A stretch of 64,000 nt of DNA, taken from Candidatus Poribacteria bacterium. GTDB taxonomy: Bacteria > Poribacteria > WGA-4E > WGA-3G. A model generated the notes under the pieces. The model was not told the origin of the DNA. It saw nothing but the letters and a program-made list of their open reading frames with translations, and did no database searches. Numbering within the stretch: the stretch's first letter is position 1; each line of letters starts with the position of its first letter. Location: positions 30,467 to 94,466 of the forward strand of contig JAJEDB010000018.1 of assembly GCA_022821725.1 (NCBI GenBank), in the 5' to 3' direction. A program made the position numbers and the translations under genes. Shown here one piece after another: positions 42,137 to 50,674 of the stretch.

Positions 42137-43486
42137 ATGAAAAGAATCGCAATTCTGATAGTATTTACCCTTACTGTGGCAGTGATTGCAGCAAGCGCGT
42201 CACAGCCGGTCGGTTTCGAGAAAAACTGGCATCACTGGCGCGGTCCCCACGCAACCGGTGTCGCAGCCGATGCGAATCCGCCCACGACATGGAGTGAAAC
42301 TGAAAACATCCGTTGGAAACTTGCCATCCCCGGCACGGGACATGCCGCGCCAATTATTTGGCAAGACAAAATCTTCATCCAAACCGCGGTTAAGGGCGAA
42401 GCGTCCAAAGCAGAAGCCGAAGAATCTGGAGATGACAATCCGTTCAGCGGTTTCTTTAACCAGAGGCGTGGACGCGGGGCAGTTGAAAACGCTTACAAAT
42501 TTGATCTTATCGCCATCAATCGAGAAGATGGGAGTATTCTCTGGCAAAAAACACTGCGAGAGTTAAATCCCCATGAAGGGACACATCAAGATGCCACTTT
42601 CGCTTCAAACTCTCCCGTCACCGACGGTGAGTTCATCTACGCATATTTCGGTTCGCGCGGACTCTATTGTGTGGATATGATGGGCAATGTGAAGTGGGAA
42701 AAAGACGTTGGCACGATGTATAAACGCAACACCTTCGGTGAAGGAAGTTCGCCTGTTCTTCACGGCAATACGCTGGTTATCGTTCAAGATCATGAGGGCG
42801 ATTCCTTTATCACCGCGCTTGATAAGCGGACAGGGGATGTGCTATGGAAGACCGATCGTAATGAAAGAACAACGTGGTTTTCACCGATTGTCGTTGAACA
42901 GGATGGGAAAGCACAAGTGGTTACCGCTGGCACAAATCGTGTCCGTAGCTACGATTTGGAAACCGGTGAACTTTTATGGGAGGGCGATGGGTTGACTGCG
43001 AATAGTATTCCTTCACCTGTCGCTGCTGATGGGTTCGTTTATCTGATGAGTGGTTTCCGAGGCAATGAATTGCGGGCGGTTCACCTCGCAAAAGCGATGG
43101 GTGATATTAGCGGTTCAGGAGCAGTCGTCTGGGAACACGGTCGAGATACACCTTATGTGCCATCTCCGCTCCTCTATGGAGATATACTCTATTTCTTGAA
43201 AAGCAACGACGGTATCCTTTCTGCCTTCAATACCAAGACAGGGAAGGCGCACTACGGTCCGAAACGGTTACAGGGTGTTTCTGGGGTCTACGCTTCGATT
43301 GTTGGTGCGGCGGATCGTATCTACATCGCCGGACGGAACGGAACCGTGAACGTTGTCCAACACGGTCCTGAGTTTACAATCATAGCGGAAAACACGTTGG
43401 ACGATAGTTTCAACGCCTCGCCTGCGATTGCGGGGTCGGAGTTATACCTCCGTGGGGGGCAGTATCTCTACTGCATCGCCGAATAA
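42137..43486 (+). CDS. PQQ-like/BamB-like beta-propeller repeat protein, secreted
   Basis: I start it at the internal ATG MKRIAILIVFTLTVAVIAASAS (signal peptide). WHHWRGPHATGV and propeller blade repeats follow. The longer ORF-track start overlaps the M16 gene. Confidence 0.8.
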   Translation: MKRIAILIVFTLTVAVIAASASQPVGFEKNWHHWRGPHATGVAADANPPTTWSETENIRWKLAIPGTGHAAPIIWQDKIFIQTAVKGEASKAEAEESGDDNPFSGFFNQRRGRGAVENAYKFDLIAINREDGSILWQKTLRELNPHEGTHQDATFASNSPVTDGEFIYAYFGSRGLYCVDMMGNVKWEKDVGTMYKRNTFGEGSSPVLHGNTLVIVQDHEGDSFITALDKRTGDVLWKTDRNERTTWFSPIVVEQDGKAQVVTAGTNRVRSYDLETGELLWEGDGLTANSIPSPVAADGFVYLMSGFRGNELRAVHLAKAMGDISGSGAVVWEHGRDTPYVPSPLLYGDILYFLKSNDGILSAFNTKTGKAHYGPKRLQGVSGVYASIVGAADRIYIAGRNGTVNVVQHGPEFTIIAENTLDDSFNASPAIAGSELYLRGGQYLYCIAE

Positions 43487-43493
43487 ATAATCG

Positions 43494-43636
43494 TCGGTTA
43501 TCAGTTATCAGTTATCGGCTATCGGTTAAGAAGACTTGAAGCAACAATTCACCACGTTCTGGAGTCCTCCAAGCAGGCTCCGATTGTTACAGAGGGGACT
43601 CTTAACTGACAACCGACAACTGACGACTGACAACTA
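43494..43636. repeat. GGTTATCAGTTATCGG...ACTGACAACCGACAACTGA interspersed element
   Basis: Low-complexity inverted termini read directly. It lies in a convergent intergenic region. Confidence 0.6.
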
Positions 43637-43641
43637 ATTAC

Positions 43642-44388
43642 CTAATACGTGGCTCTTCCGCCGCTGACATCGTAACACTGACCCGTTACGAAACTCGCTT
43701 CATCCGAAGCCAAGAAATTCACCACAGCCGCGACTTCCTCCGGTTTCCCGACACGCCCCAATGGAATTTTACTCACCATATAGTCGACAGTCGATTGTGC
43801 CATGCCGTCCAATATCGGTGTTTGGATCACCGCGGGCGACACGGCGTTCACGCGAATGTTATAGTTTGTTACCTCTTTTGCGAGTGCCTTTGTCAAGCAG
43901 ATCACACCCGCCTTGGATACCGAATACGGGATGAGCGTTGGATTGCCCTCCTTGCCAGCAATCGAGGCGATGTTCACAATCCTACCGTAATCCTGTGCAA
44001 TCATTGGACCAATCACTGCTTTACAGCAGAGAAAAACGCCTGTCAGGTTTACACCCATCACGGCATCCCAATCCGCTACTTCTAAATCCGTTAAGGGTAG
44101 GGTGCGTCCCGCAATACCGGCGTTGTTGACGAGTATGTCAACGCGACCGAAGGTGGAGATCACTTTTTCAACTGCAGCATTGACATCAGTAGATTGCGAA
44201 ACATCTGCTTGAACGGGTAATGTTTGGCATCCGGTAGCCGCAATTTCCTGTGCTACCGCTGCAGCTGCTCCCATGTTTAAATCCATGATGCCGACAGTTG
44301 CGCCAGCGTTTGCGAGTCTAATCGCAATCGCTTTGCCGATACCTTGCCCTGCGCCTGTTACAATCGCAATTTTATCCGTTAGATTCAT
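43642..44388 (-). CDS. SDR-family oxidoreductase (FabG-like)
   Basis: IAIVTGAGQGIGKAIA (TGxxxGxG), NNAG, and YSVSKAG (YxxxK). Confidence 0.9.
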   Translation of the reverse strand: MNLTDKIAIVTGAGQGIGKAIAIRLANAGATVGIMDLNMGAAAAVAQEIAATGCQTLPVQADVSQSTDVNAAVEKVISTFGRVDILVNNAGIAGRTLPLTDLEVADWDAVMGVNLTGVFLCCKAVIGPMIAQDYGRIVNIASIAGKEGNPTLIPYSVSKAGVICLTKALAKEVTNYNIRVNAVSPAVIQTPILDGMAQSTVDYMVSKIPLGRVGKPEEVAAVVNFLASDEASFVTGQCYDVSGGRATY

Positions 44389-44941
44389 TAAAATTTCTCC
44401 CTTCCAGAAAATTATCTAATTCAATTCCGAACGCATCTGCTATCTTGTTGACGTAACAGAAGAAACCGACGACCTCCACAATAGCGAAGAGTGCCTCGTC
44501 CGTGAGTCCATGATTGCGGAGATGTTCCAAGTCCGACGGTGTAAGCGTAGGTGCCGCTTTTGTCACCTTAACGGCGAATTCGAGGATCGCTTTTGTGGTT
44601 TCGTCAATGTCAGCCGTCTGAAAATCCGTTACAATCTGTGAAATCTGTTCATCTGTGAATTGTTCCCGCAATTCATCGGCGTGTGCTATTATTCAGTAGT
44701 GGCATTCATTCACTTTTGAAACGACGGTAGCGATCATTTCCCGTTGCATCCGACTCAACGGTGAGTCTGGGTCGTGCATCACGATTTTGTAGAGTTCCAC
44801 GAAAGCACGCATACTTTTCGGACGCACACTAAAAAGCTTGACGATATTGTAAAGTTGCCCCGCCCGTGCAATCGCCGCGTCATATTCCGCTTTCACGATG
44901 CCGGTGGCATCCGCCTCATCCACGGTTTGAATCCATGCCAT
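44372..44941 (-). CDS. AhpD/carboxymuconolactone-decarboxylase-family peroxidase-related protein, candidate selenoprotein (in-frame TGA at 44693-44695)
   Basis: ORF-track entries 44693..44941 and 44372..44671 are in the same frame (offset 270 nt). Together they give 189 codons. The TGA falls in ..SKVNECHY[TGA]IIAHADEL.., where the family has C-x-x-C followed by H. A hairpin lies 17 nt downstream. Confidence 0.6.
44656..44675 (-). promoter_or_regulatory. Candidate bacterial SECIS hairpin
   Basis: In the mRNA, UGAAUUG-CGGGAA-CAAUUCA forms a 7-bp stem with a G-rich apical loop. The stem starts 17 nt after the UGA and the loop 24 nt after it. Confidence 0.4.
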
Positions 44942-44944
44942 ATT

Positions 44945-46174
44945 TTATTCTCCAATCACGACACCATATTCACCAACAACCGCACCTTTGTGTCCGGTTT
45001 GGTAGTGTAGGTGTCTTTCACCGACAATCGGTTGTGTGCTTTGCACTTCGACAGTGCCGCGCACTTTCCCCATTGCCTCTTCATCCATATCTACACAGCA
45101 GAGCGGCTTAATTTGCCGATGCACTTGCCGACGAATATGTCCCTCCCGATTGCGGACGATGACATTCACAAAGGCATCTGCTTCCCCGACGTTAAGGAAT
45201 CGGAACCAGTCCCAGGCACCCCCCGCAATTTCGGGGAAAAAGAGCCGAATCCCAATCTGCCCGCCCTCCACGGATGCCCCGGGTAGATCGATAATGGCTG
45301 TCCCACTTTGCATGTGTCGTTCCGCCACAACCGGCTGGTTGCTGCGCACTTCTACGGAGGATTTCACTTTAATGTCGTCCATGGGTGGCGTCCAACACTC
45401 AAAAGGTCTCAACCGATCGCGTTTTTTTGTCCATGTCGATTGCGCGTTGTCGTCTTTCCGTGCGATCATCGTGACTTCTGCATCTTCTCTTCCGACGTTG
45501 ACGATGACGACCCAGTCTTCCCATGCGGGTCCGACCTCCGGGAAAAAGAGCGTGCGCGGCGCATCCGAGATTACCTGTCCAAATTGCCCGACACTCGTCT
45601 TACCGCCTTGATAGTGGAGATGGCGTTCTCCGACAATCGGTTGTGAACTTTGCATCTCAACGGTGCCTGTGACGTTACCCATCACACCTTCATTGAGATC
45701 CCAACAGCAGAGCGGTTTGATAACGTGATGGCGTTGCCGTAACACATCCCCGTTCCTGTTGCGGACGGTGATGTTGACGTGCGCGTCTGCCTCACCGACG
45801 TTCAGAACCCGAAACCAGTCGTGAGCACCAGAGACCAGTTCTGGGAAGAAGAGCCGCTGTCCAACTGTTCCATATTCTGGAGCCGCGCCGACAAAATCCA
45901 ACACATTCGTGTCCTTGTGCATGTGTCGTTCTGCCACAATCGGTTGGTCCGCAGTGAACTGCATTGAAGAGTTCGTTTTAATCTCATCAACGGCGGGGAT
46001 CCAAGACTCAAAGGAACTTATGGTTTTCTCCGCAGACCAAGTCGGTTGTCCGTTGTCAGCATGTCTCGCGATTCCGGTCACACGGGTGTCTTCGGTTCCC
46101 ACATTTGTGACTTGAACCCAGTCTTGCCACTCGGGGCCCACTTCTGGAAAATAAAGGGTTGTCGCGCCTGCCAT
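44945..46174 (-). CDS. Four-repeat (A-B-A-B) protein of unknown function
   Basis: 409 aa made of four ~100-aa modules, each containing LFFPE..G..DW....NVG..DA.V and QP(I/V)V(A/G)ERH(M/L)H. The B modules carry KPLCC(W/V)D. Its stop is 3 nt before the start of the AhpD-like gene. Confidence 0.7.
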   Translation of the reverse strand: MAGATTLYFPEVGPEWQDWVQVTNVGTEDTRVTGIARHADNGQPTWSAEKTISSFESWIPAVDEIKTNSSMQFTADQPIVAERHMHKDTNVLDFVGAAPEYGTVGQRLFFPELVSGAHDWFRVLNVGEADAHVNITVRNRNGDVLRQRHHVIKPLCCWDLNEGVMGNVTGTVEMQSSQPIVGERHLHYQGGKTSVGQFGQVISDAPRTLFFPEVGPAWEDWVVIVNVGREDAEVTMIARKDDNAQSTWTKKRDRLRPFECWTPPMDDIKVKSSVEVRSNQPVVAERHMQSGTAIIDLPGASVEGGQIGIRLFFPEIAGGAWDWFRFLNVGEADAFVNVIVRNREGHIRRQVHRQIKPLCCVDMDEEAMGKVRGTVEVQSTQPIVGERHLHYQTGHKGAVVGEYGVVIGE

Positions 46175-46386
46175 TACTGCCTCCTATTTAGAGTCTTTTG
46201 TATTACAACACATATCCACAAGGTTTAATTAAGGACGCTGTTATCAAGATTCCTGTTACTATTTTAACTTGCATATATTTATCTTTTCCACTACAATTTT
46301 GATCAATCCCATTTGATTCGCACTTACGACGATACTTCACTAAATGGCTTTCGCAATTGCACTACACATCTTGAGGAGAATATTTA

Positions 46387-46674
46387 ATGGCAGCGAAGAA
46401 ACTCTCAGACGCTGAGATTCAGGAAAACTTGGGGCAGCTCAACGGTTGGACCGTGGAAGACGGTAAGCTACACAAAGAATTCCAGTTTGATACCTTTGTT
46501 GCGGCGTTCGGTTTCATGGCACAACTCGCCTTAATCGCCGAATCCATGAATCACCACCCGGAATGGTTCAATGTCTATAACCGTGTGACGATTGACCTAA
46601 TGACCCACGATGCGGGTGGCATCAGTGAACTCGATTTTCAGTGGGCAAAGCACGCAGATTCGATGATCGGTTAG
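46387..46674 (+). CDS. phhB: 4a-hydroxytetrahydrobiopterin (pterin-4-alpha-carbinolamine) dehydratase
   Basis: 95 aa. [15 protein letters not shown], and [28 protein letters not shown]. Confidence 0.9.
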   Translation: MAAKKLSDAEIQENLGQLNGWTVEDGKLHKEFQFDTFVAAFGFMAQLALIAESMNHHPEWFNVYNRVTIDLMTHDAGGISELDFQWAKHADSMIG

Positions 46675-46721
46675 CCGGTTTTCTATAGATGCAAATGACA
46701 TAACCCACGCTGGAGAGACGC

Positions 46722-47669
46722 ATGGATAATACGAAAGTCTTGATTGGCAGTCGGCAGGCATCAGACATTGAGGCGATGCTTTCGGATCTTCCCTCAACGG
46801 TTGAGGTTCGCTTTTTACCACACGGTGAGTCCTTGCGTGACCACATCGCTGATGTTGATATTTTGTTCGGACACCTTGGCGAAGATGTGATGCCAGAGGC
46901 AACGGCATTGCGTTGGGTGCATCAACCGCATGCAGGGGTTGAAGGATTTATGTATCCTGCTTTCAAGGTGAGCGATGTTATACTCACCAACTGTCGCGGC
47001 TTGTATGGCACACAGATTGCCGAACACGCCTTTGCTTTGCTTTTATCCCTCACCCGTCGGATTCCCGAGCAATTGGAATTTATGAAGACGAGACATTGGG
47101 AACGCGTTCCATGTATCGAATTGGCGGGGATGACAATGGGCGTCCTCGGACTCGGAGGCATCGGACGGGCAATTGCGGCACGCGCACAGGCGTTTGAATT
47201 TAATGTCATTGCCGCTGATGTGGAGCCAATCGGCAAACCCGATACCGTCTCAGAACTCTTTGATTTGGATGGGTTGATGGTGTTCTTAGCGAAATCCAAC
47301 ATCCTCATGGTATGCTGTCCGAGTACCCCCGAAACCCATAAACTCCTATCAGATGCGCAATTTAATCAGATGCCCGATGCGAGTTTCCTCGTGAATGTCA
47401 GTCGTGGCAGGATTATTGACGAAACCGCACTGATAACCGCACTTCAGAGTGGGAAATTAGCCGGAGCAGGACTGGATGTAACGTATACGGAACCGTGTCC
47501 ACCGGAAAGCCCGCTGTGGGAACAGGAGAATGTCATCCTGACCTCACACAGTGCGGGTTCCTCGCAGCACGTCCGGAGACGTGCCATGCAACTTTTTATA
47601 GATAATCTACACCGTTACATAAAGGATGAACCTTTGGTCAACGTCGTTGACAAGCAGAAGGGATACTAA
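46722..47669 (+). CDS. D-isomer-specific 2-hydroxyacid dehydrogenase family protein
   Basis: GVLGLGGIGRAIA (NAD-binding), FLVNVSRGRIIDE, and LDVTYTEP..SPLW...NVILTSH. Confidence 0.85.
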   Translation: MDNTKVLIGSRQASDIEAMLSDLPSTVEVRFLPHGESLRDHIADVDILFGHLGEDVMPEATALRWVHQPHAGVEGFMYPAFKVSDVILTNCRGLYGTQIAEHAFALLLSLTRRIPEQLEFMKTRHWERVPCIELAGMTMGVLGLGGIGRAIAARAQAFEFNVIAADVEPIGKPDTVSELFDLDGLMVFLAKSNILMVCCPSTPETHKLLSDAQFNQMPDASFLVNVSRGRIIDETALITALQSGKLAGAGLDVTYTEPCPPESPLWEQENVILTSHSAGSSQHVRRRAMQLFIDNLHRYIKDEPLVNVVDKQKGY

Positions 47670-47694
47670 ATCACAACATAGAAATGGAGAGAAA

Positions 47695-48768
47695 ATGAGT
47701 CAGAAAACATATCGCGCCGCCGCAATCGGACATACCGGTGCAGGCAACTTCGGGCACGGACTCCATACCCCCTATAAAGATATAGAGAACGTCGAATTTA
47801 TCGCTGTCTCTGATCCGAACGAAGAGGGTAGAGAAAAGGCAGCCGCAGAGGCAGGGGCATCGCGCAGCTACGCCGATTATCGAGAGATGCTTGAGAAAGA
47901 GGATCTCGATATTGTGAGTGTCTGCCCGCGATGGACATCGGAGCACGTGGCTATGGTAACCGCGTGTCTTGAGGCAGGCTGCAGCGTCTACAGTGAGAAA
48001 CCGATGACGAGTACGCTCGCAGATGGCGATGTAATCGTTAAGACAGCGAAGGCACACGGATTAAAGGTGGCTGTGGCACATCAGGCGGTATATCTCCCCG
48101 CGACACATGCGATTAAGGAGATGCTCGACGATGGGAAAATCGGCACGATCCAAGCCATTCACGCCAGCGGTAAGCAGGATCATCGCGGCGGTGGTGAGGA
48201 TATGATTGTGCTTGGCACCCACATTTTTAACATGATGCGTTTCTTCGTCGGTGATGTCGCATGGATGCAGTCTCATGTCACGACGAATGGCAAGGAGATC
48301 GCATACGGGGACGACCACGAACCCACAGAACCTGTTGGACCCGTTGCCGGTGATTCCATCAACAGTTACTTCGCTTTCAAAAATGGTGCCTCTGGCTTTT
48401 TTGAATCCCGAAGGGATCAAGCTGGCTCCGGTAGATACGGCATGGAAATCGTCGGCAGCGACGGTATCTTTTCGCTCCGCGGCGATGTTGCCAATCGACT
48501 CATGGTCTATCCATATCCAGTACTGCTCCCTTCAAATCCGGATCAGGAGTGGGAGGCAATCGACTTAGATCAAACGCCTTTCTCCAGTGGCAATGAACTC
48601 GCGATTCGCGATCTGATTGATGCGATTGAGAACGACCGGAAACCGATTTCCGCGGCGGAAGACGCTGTTGCCGCCTTGGAAATGATCCTCGGCGCCTACG
48701 AGTCTCAACTCTCAGGCGGGCGCGTCCCCTTCCCAATCGCAAACCGTGAACATCCCTTGAGCAGATAA
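47695..48768 (+). CDS. Gfo/Idh/MocA family oxidoreductase
   Basis: I start it at the internal ATG MSQKTYRAAAIGHTGAGNFGH, which has GGAGAG upstream. EKPM motif present. The longer ORF-track start overlaps the previous gene. Confidence 0.85.
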   Translation: MSQKTYRAAAIGHTGAGNFGHGLHTPYKDIENVEFIAVSDPNEEGREKAAAEAGASRSYADYREMLEKEDLDIVSVCPRWTSEHVAMVTACLEAGCSVYSEKPMTSTLADGDVIVKTAKAHGLKVAVAHQAVYLPATHAIKEMLDDGKIGTIQAIHASGKQDHRGGGEDMIVLGTHIFNMMRFFVGDVAWMQSHVTTNGKEIAYGDDHEPTEPVGPVAGDSINSYFAFKNGASGFFESRRDQAGSGRYGMEIVGSDGIFSLRGDVANRLMVYPYPVLLPSNPDQEWEAIDLDQTPFSSGNELAIRDLIDAIENDRKPISAAEDAVAALEMILGAYESQLSGGRVPFPIANREHPLSR

Positions 48769-48818
48769 TTCCAAGAACACTGTCCGTTGGCGAGGTATCC
48801 ACCCTCGCCAATACCTCC

Positions 48819-49535
48819 CTATACCGGAATCATCTTCCGGACACCATCTTCATACCGCACCTGATAATCGGAAGCTGGCACGTCCATTGCTCGGACAGCA
48901 AGCTCACCGAACGTAATCAATGGCTCGGAGAGCAGGAGCAGTTCATCGAGGGATTCGGTCGGAGTCTTATCCGTTGTATCCAACACAATCTTCCGTCCTT
49001 TCTGTGTAAACAGAGACCTATCGATCTCCTCCTGAAAGAGGCCTTTGAGCGTTGGAATATCGGCTTCCTTGATAATCTGATATTCGTGTGGGGCTGTTGC
49101 CATCCGTTCCTTAATCGCATCATCACTCGCAGTGACGTGGATCATCACGACATCTGGCAATCGTGCTTCGATCACCTGTGTTTCATAGCCGCGTTGCGCA
49201 TTGATGTGATACTTCGAGTAGTATGGGCTTTCTGGATCATCGCCATAGAAGGACGAGTAAACCAGTTCCTCGATATGCCACCCTGCGATCATCGTATTCG
49301 CATAGTTTCTAATCACCTCTACGTGATACTGAAGTTGCATCCGTTGCATCCGTTCCTTCACGTCATCTGGGAAATTGACATACGCCGCTCTCGATTCAGG
49401 GCTGAGCGTCGAGTCAGGGATCGTGAAGTGATCATCAACGTGGACACTCAGCTTCCGGTGCCGATAATACTCGGTCATCAGGTCGACCAGGGTCGATTTT
49501 CCAGCATATTCGATACCCACAAAAATACATCTCAT
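48819..49535 (-). CDS. P-loop NTPase/kinase-like protein (AAA_28/NadR-kinase-like)
   Basis: MRCIFVGIEYAGKSTLVDLM (Walker A) from ATG 49535, with GAGG 10 nt upstream. Confidence 0.6.
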   Translation of the reverse strand: MRCIFVGIEYAGKSTLVDLMTEYYRHRKLSVHVDDHFTIPDSTLSPESRAAYVNFPDDVKERMQRMQLQYHVEVIRNYANTMIAGWHIEELVYSSFYGDDPESPYYSKYHINAQRGYETQVIEARLPDVVMIHVTASDDAIKERMATAPHEYQIIKEADIPTLKGLFQEEIDRSLFTQKGRKIVLDTTDKTPTESLDELLLLSEPLITFGELAVRAMDVPASDYQVRYEDGVRKMIPV

Positions 49536-49654
49536 AAGAAAATACCTCGCCATTGGAATTGGTGGTGAATGGTAACGTCCCACAGTTTATCTGCCCTTAT
49601 GTTTATCACGAAAATAGAAAAATGTCAAATACCTATTCCAATTTTTCGGTCGTC

Positions 49655-49683
49655 TTGACAATTGGACATTTGCAGGGTATAAT
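49655..49683 (+). promoter_or_regulatory. Perfect consensus sigma70 promoter TTGACA-N17-TATAAT
   Basis: Read directly, 38 nt upstream of ATG 49722, which has an AGGAGG SD. Confidence 0.6.
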
Positions 49684-49721
49684 AATTTTAATCTGAACGG
49701 TTTTAATACAAGGAGGCGCAG

Positions 49722-50024
49722 ATGAAAAAAAATCAGACCGTCAAAATCCAAAATCCGGAATACGGAGACACCTATACTGTCCACATCGAAAAAAATGGCA
49801 CAGGATGGATAGGACAAATACAAGAGGTTCCCGAGGTGCAGTGTGAAGGAAGCACACCGGAAGCAATACTGAAAATTCTCAAAACTGAACTCCACGAAAT
49901 CCTCATAGCCCGTGCAGATGCCTGGGATAATCAGATTGAGGAAGATATAAAAGCCGGACGGCTGGATCATCTTGTTGAAAAAGCCCTTGAAGATTTGCGG
50001 GCAGGCAGGTGTAAAGATCTATAA
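49722..50024 (+). CDS. Antitoxin, HicB-like N-domain plus C-terminal toxin-binding helix (copy 1)
   Basis: YTVHIEKNGTGWIGQIQEVPEVQCEGSTPEAIL resembles the HicB fold motif. The C-terminus is AWDNQIEEDIKAGRLDHLVEKALEDLRAGRCKDL. It overlaps the downstream toxin ORF. Confidence 0.6.
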   Translation: MKKNQTVKIQNPEYGDTYTVHIEKNGTGWIGQIQEVPEVQCEGSTPEAILKILKTELHEILIARADAWDNQIEEDIKAGRLDHLVEKALEDLRAGRCKDL

Positions 50025-50277
50025 AACTACTCCTGAGTTTTGGGCACATTATCAAGAACTACCACGATCAGTTCAACAACTTGCAGATGAAAAATTTGAA
50101 CTGCTGAAGCGATATCCAAGACATCCATCCTTGAATCTCAAAAAGATTGGCACCTGTTGGGTAGCAAGAGTCGGCATTAACTACCGAACCCTCGCACGCG
50201 AAGAGGATGGGATCCTCGTCTGGTTTTGGATTGGTAAACATGACGAATACATGCGACAGATTCGATCCGCCTTTTAA
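49972..50277 (+). CDS. RelE/ParE-superfamily toxin
   Basis: ..LLKRYPRHPSLNLKKIGTCWVARVGINYRTLAREEDGILVWFWIGKHDEY. The only available start is TTG, overlapping the antitoxin by 53 nt. Confidence 0.6.
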   Translation: MLKKPLKICGQAGVKIYKTTPEFWAHYQELPRSVQQLADEKFELLKRYPRHPSLNLKKIGTCWVARVGINYRTLAREEDGILVWFWIGKHDEYMRQIRSAF

Positions 50278-50320
50278 TAAGTCCTGAGATTGAGATTTTG
50301 TTCAACCTAAGGAGATCCAC

Positions 50321-50623
50321 ATGGACAAAATTCAGACCGTCAAAATCTACGATTCAGAATATGAGACAACCTATACTGCCCATATCCAAAAAAACGGCGA
50401 CGGATGGGTAGGATGGATACAGGAACACCCCAAGGTAAAGTGTGAGGACAGCACACAAGAAGCATTGTTGGAAACCCTTGAGGATACGCTTTATGAAACT
50501 TTAGAAGCCGACTGGGAAGCTTGGGATAAGCAGATCGAGGAAGACATAAAATCCGGAAAATTTGATCGACTTCGCGAGGATACCCTTGAAGATTTGCGGG
50601 CAGGTAGGTGCAAAGATCTATAA
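50321..50623 (+). CDS. Antitoxin paralog (copy 2, orphan)
   Basis: 100 aa, colinear with 49722..50024 (YTAHIQKNGDGWVGWIQEHPKVKCEDSTQEAL...LEDLRAGRCKDL). Confidence 0.6.
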   Translation: MDKIQTVKIYDSEYETTYTAHIQKNGDGWVGWIQEHPKVKCEDSTQEALLETLEDTLYETLEADWEAWDKQIEEDIKSGKFDRLREDTLEDLRAGRCKDL

Positions 50624-50668
50624 AACTGATTTGGCAAACACGACGAATACATACGGCGAATCCAATAA
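50571..50668 (+). pseudogene. RelE/ParE-like toxin remnant with ~225-nt internal deletion and frameshift
   Basis: After ..ATCTATAAAACT the sequence jumps to GATTTGGCAAACACGACGAATACATACGGCGAATCCAATAA. This encodes FGKHDEYIRRIQ* in a shifted frame and matches the last codons of the copy-1 toxin (WIGKHDEYMRQI). Confidence 0.6.
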
Positions 50669-50674
50669 CTAAAT

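Noticed and set aside
44672-44695. Treating 44693..44941 and 44372..44671 as two separate small genes, or as a frameshifted pseudogene
   Set aside because: Both pieces are in the same frame and are interrupted by a single TGA exactly at the second Cys of the family's CxxC motif. The second piece would need a TTG start with no SD, and a hairpin follows the TGA. Selenocysteine read-through, or a TGC-to-TGA error, explains the data better than two genes.
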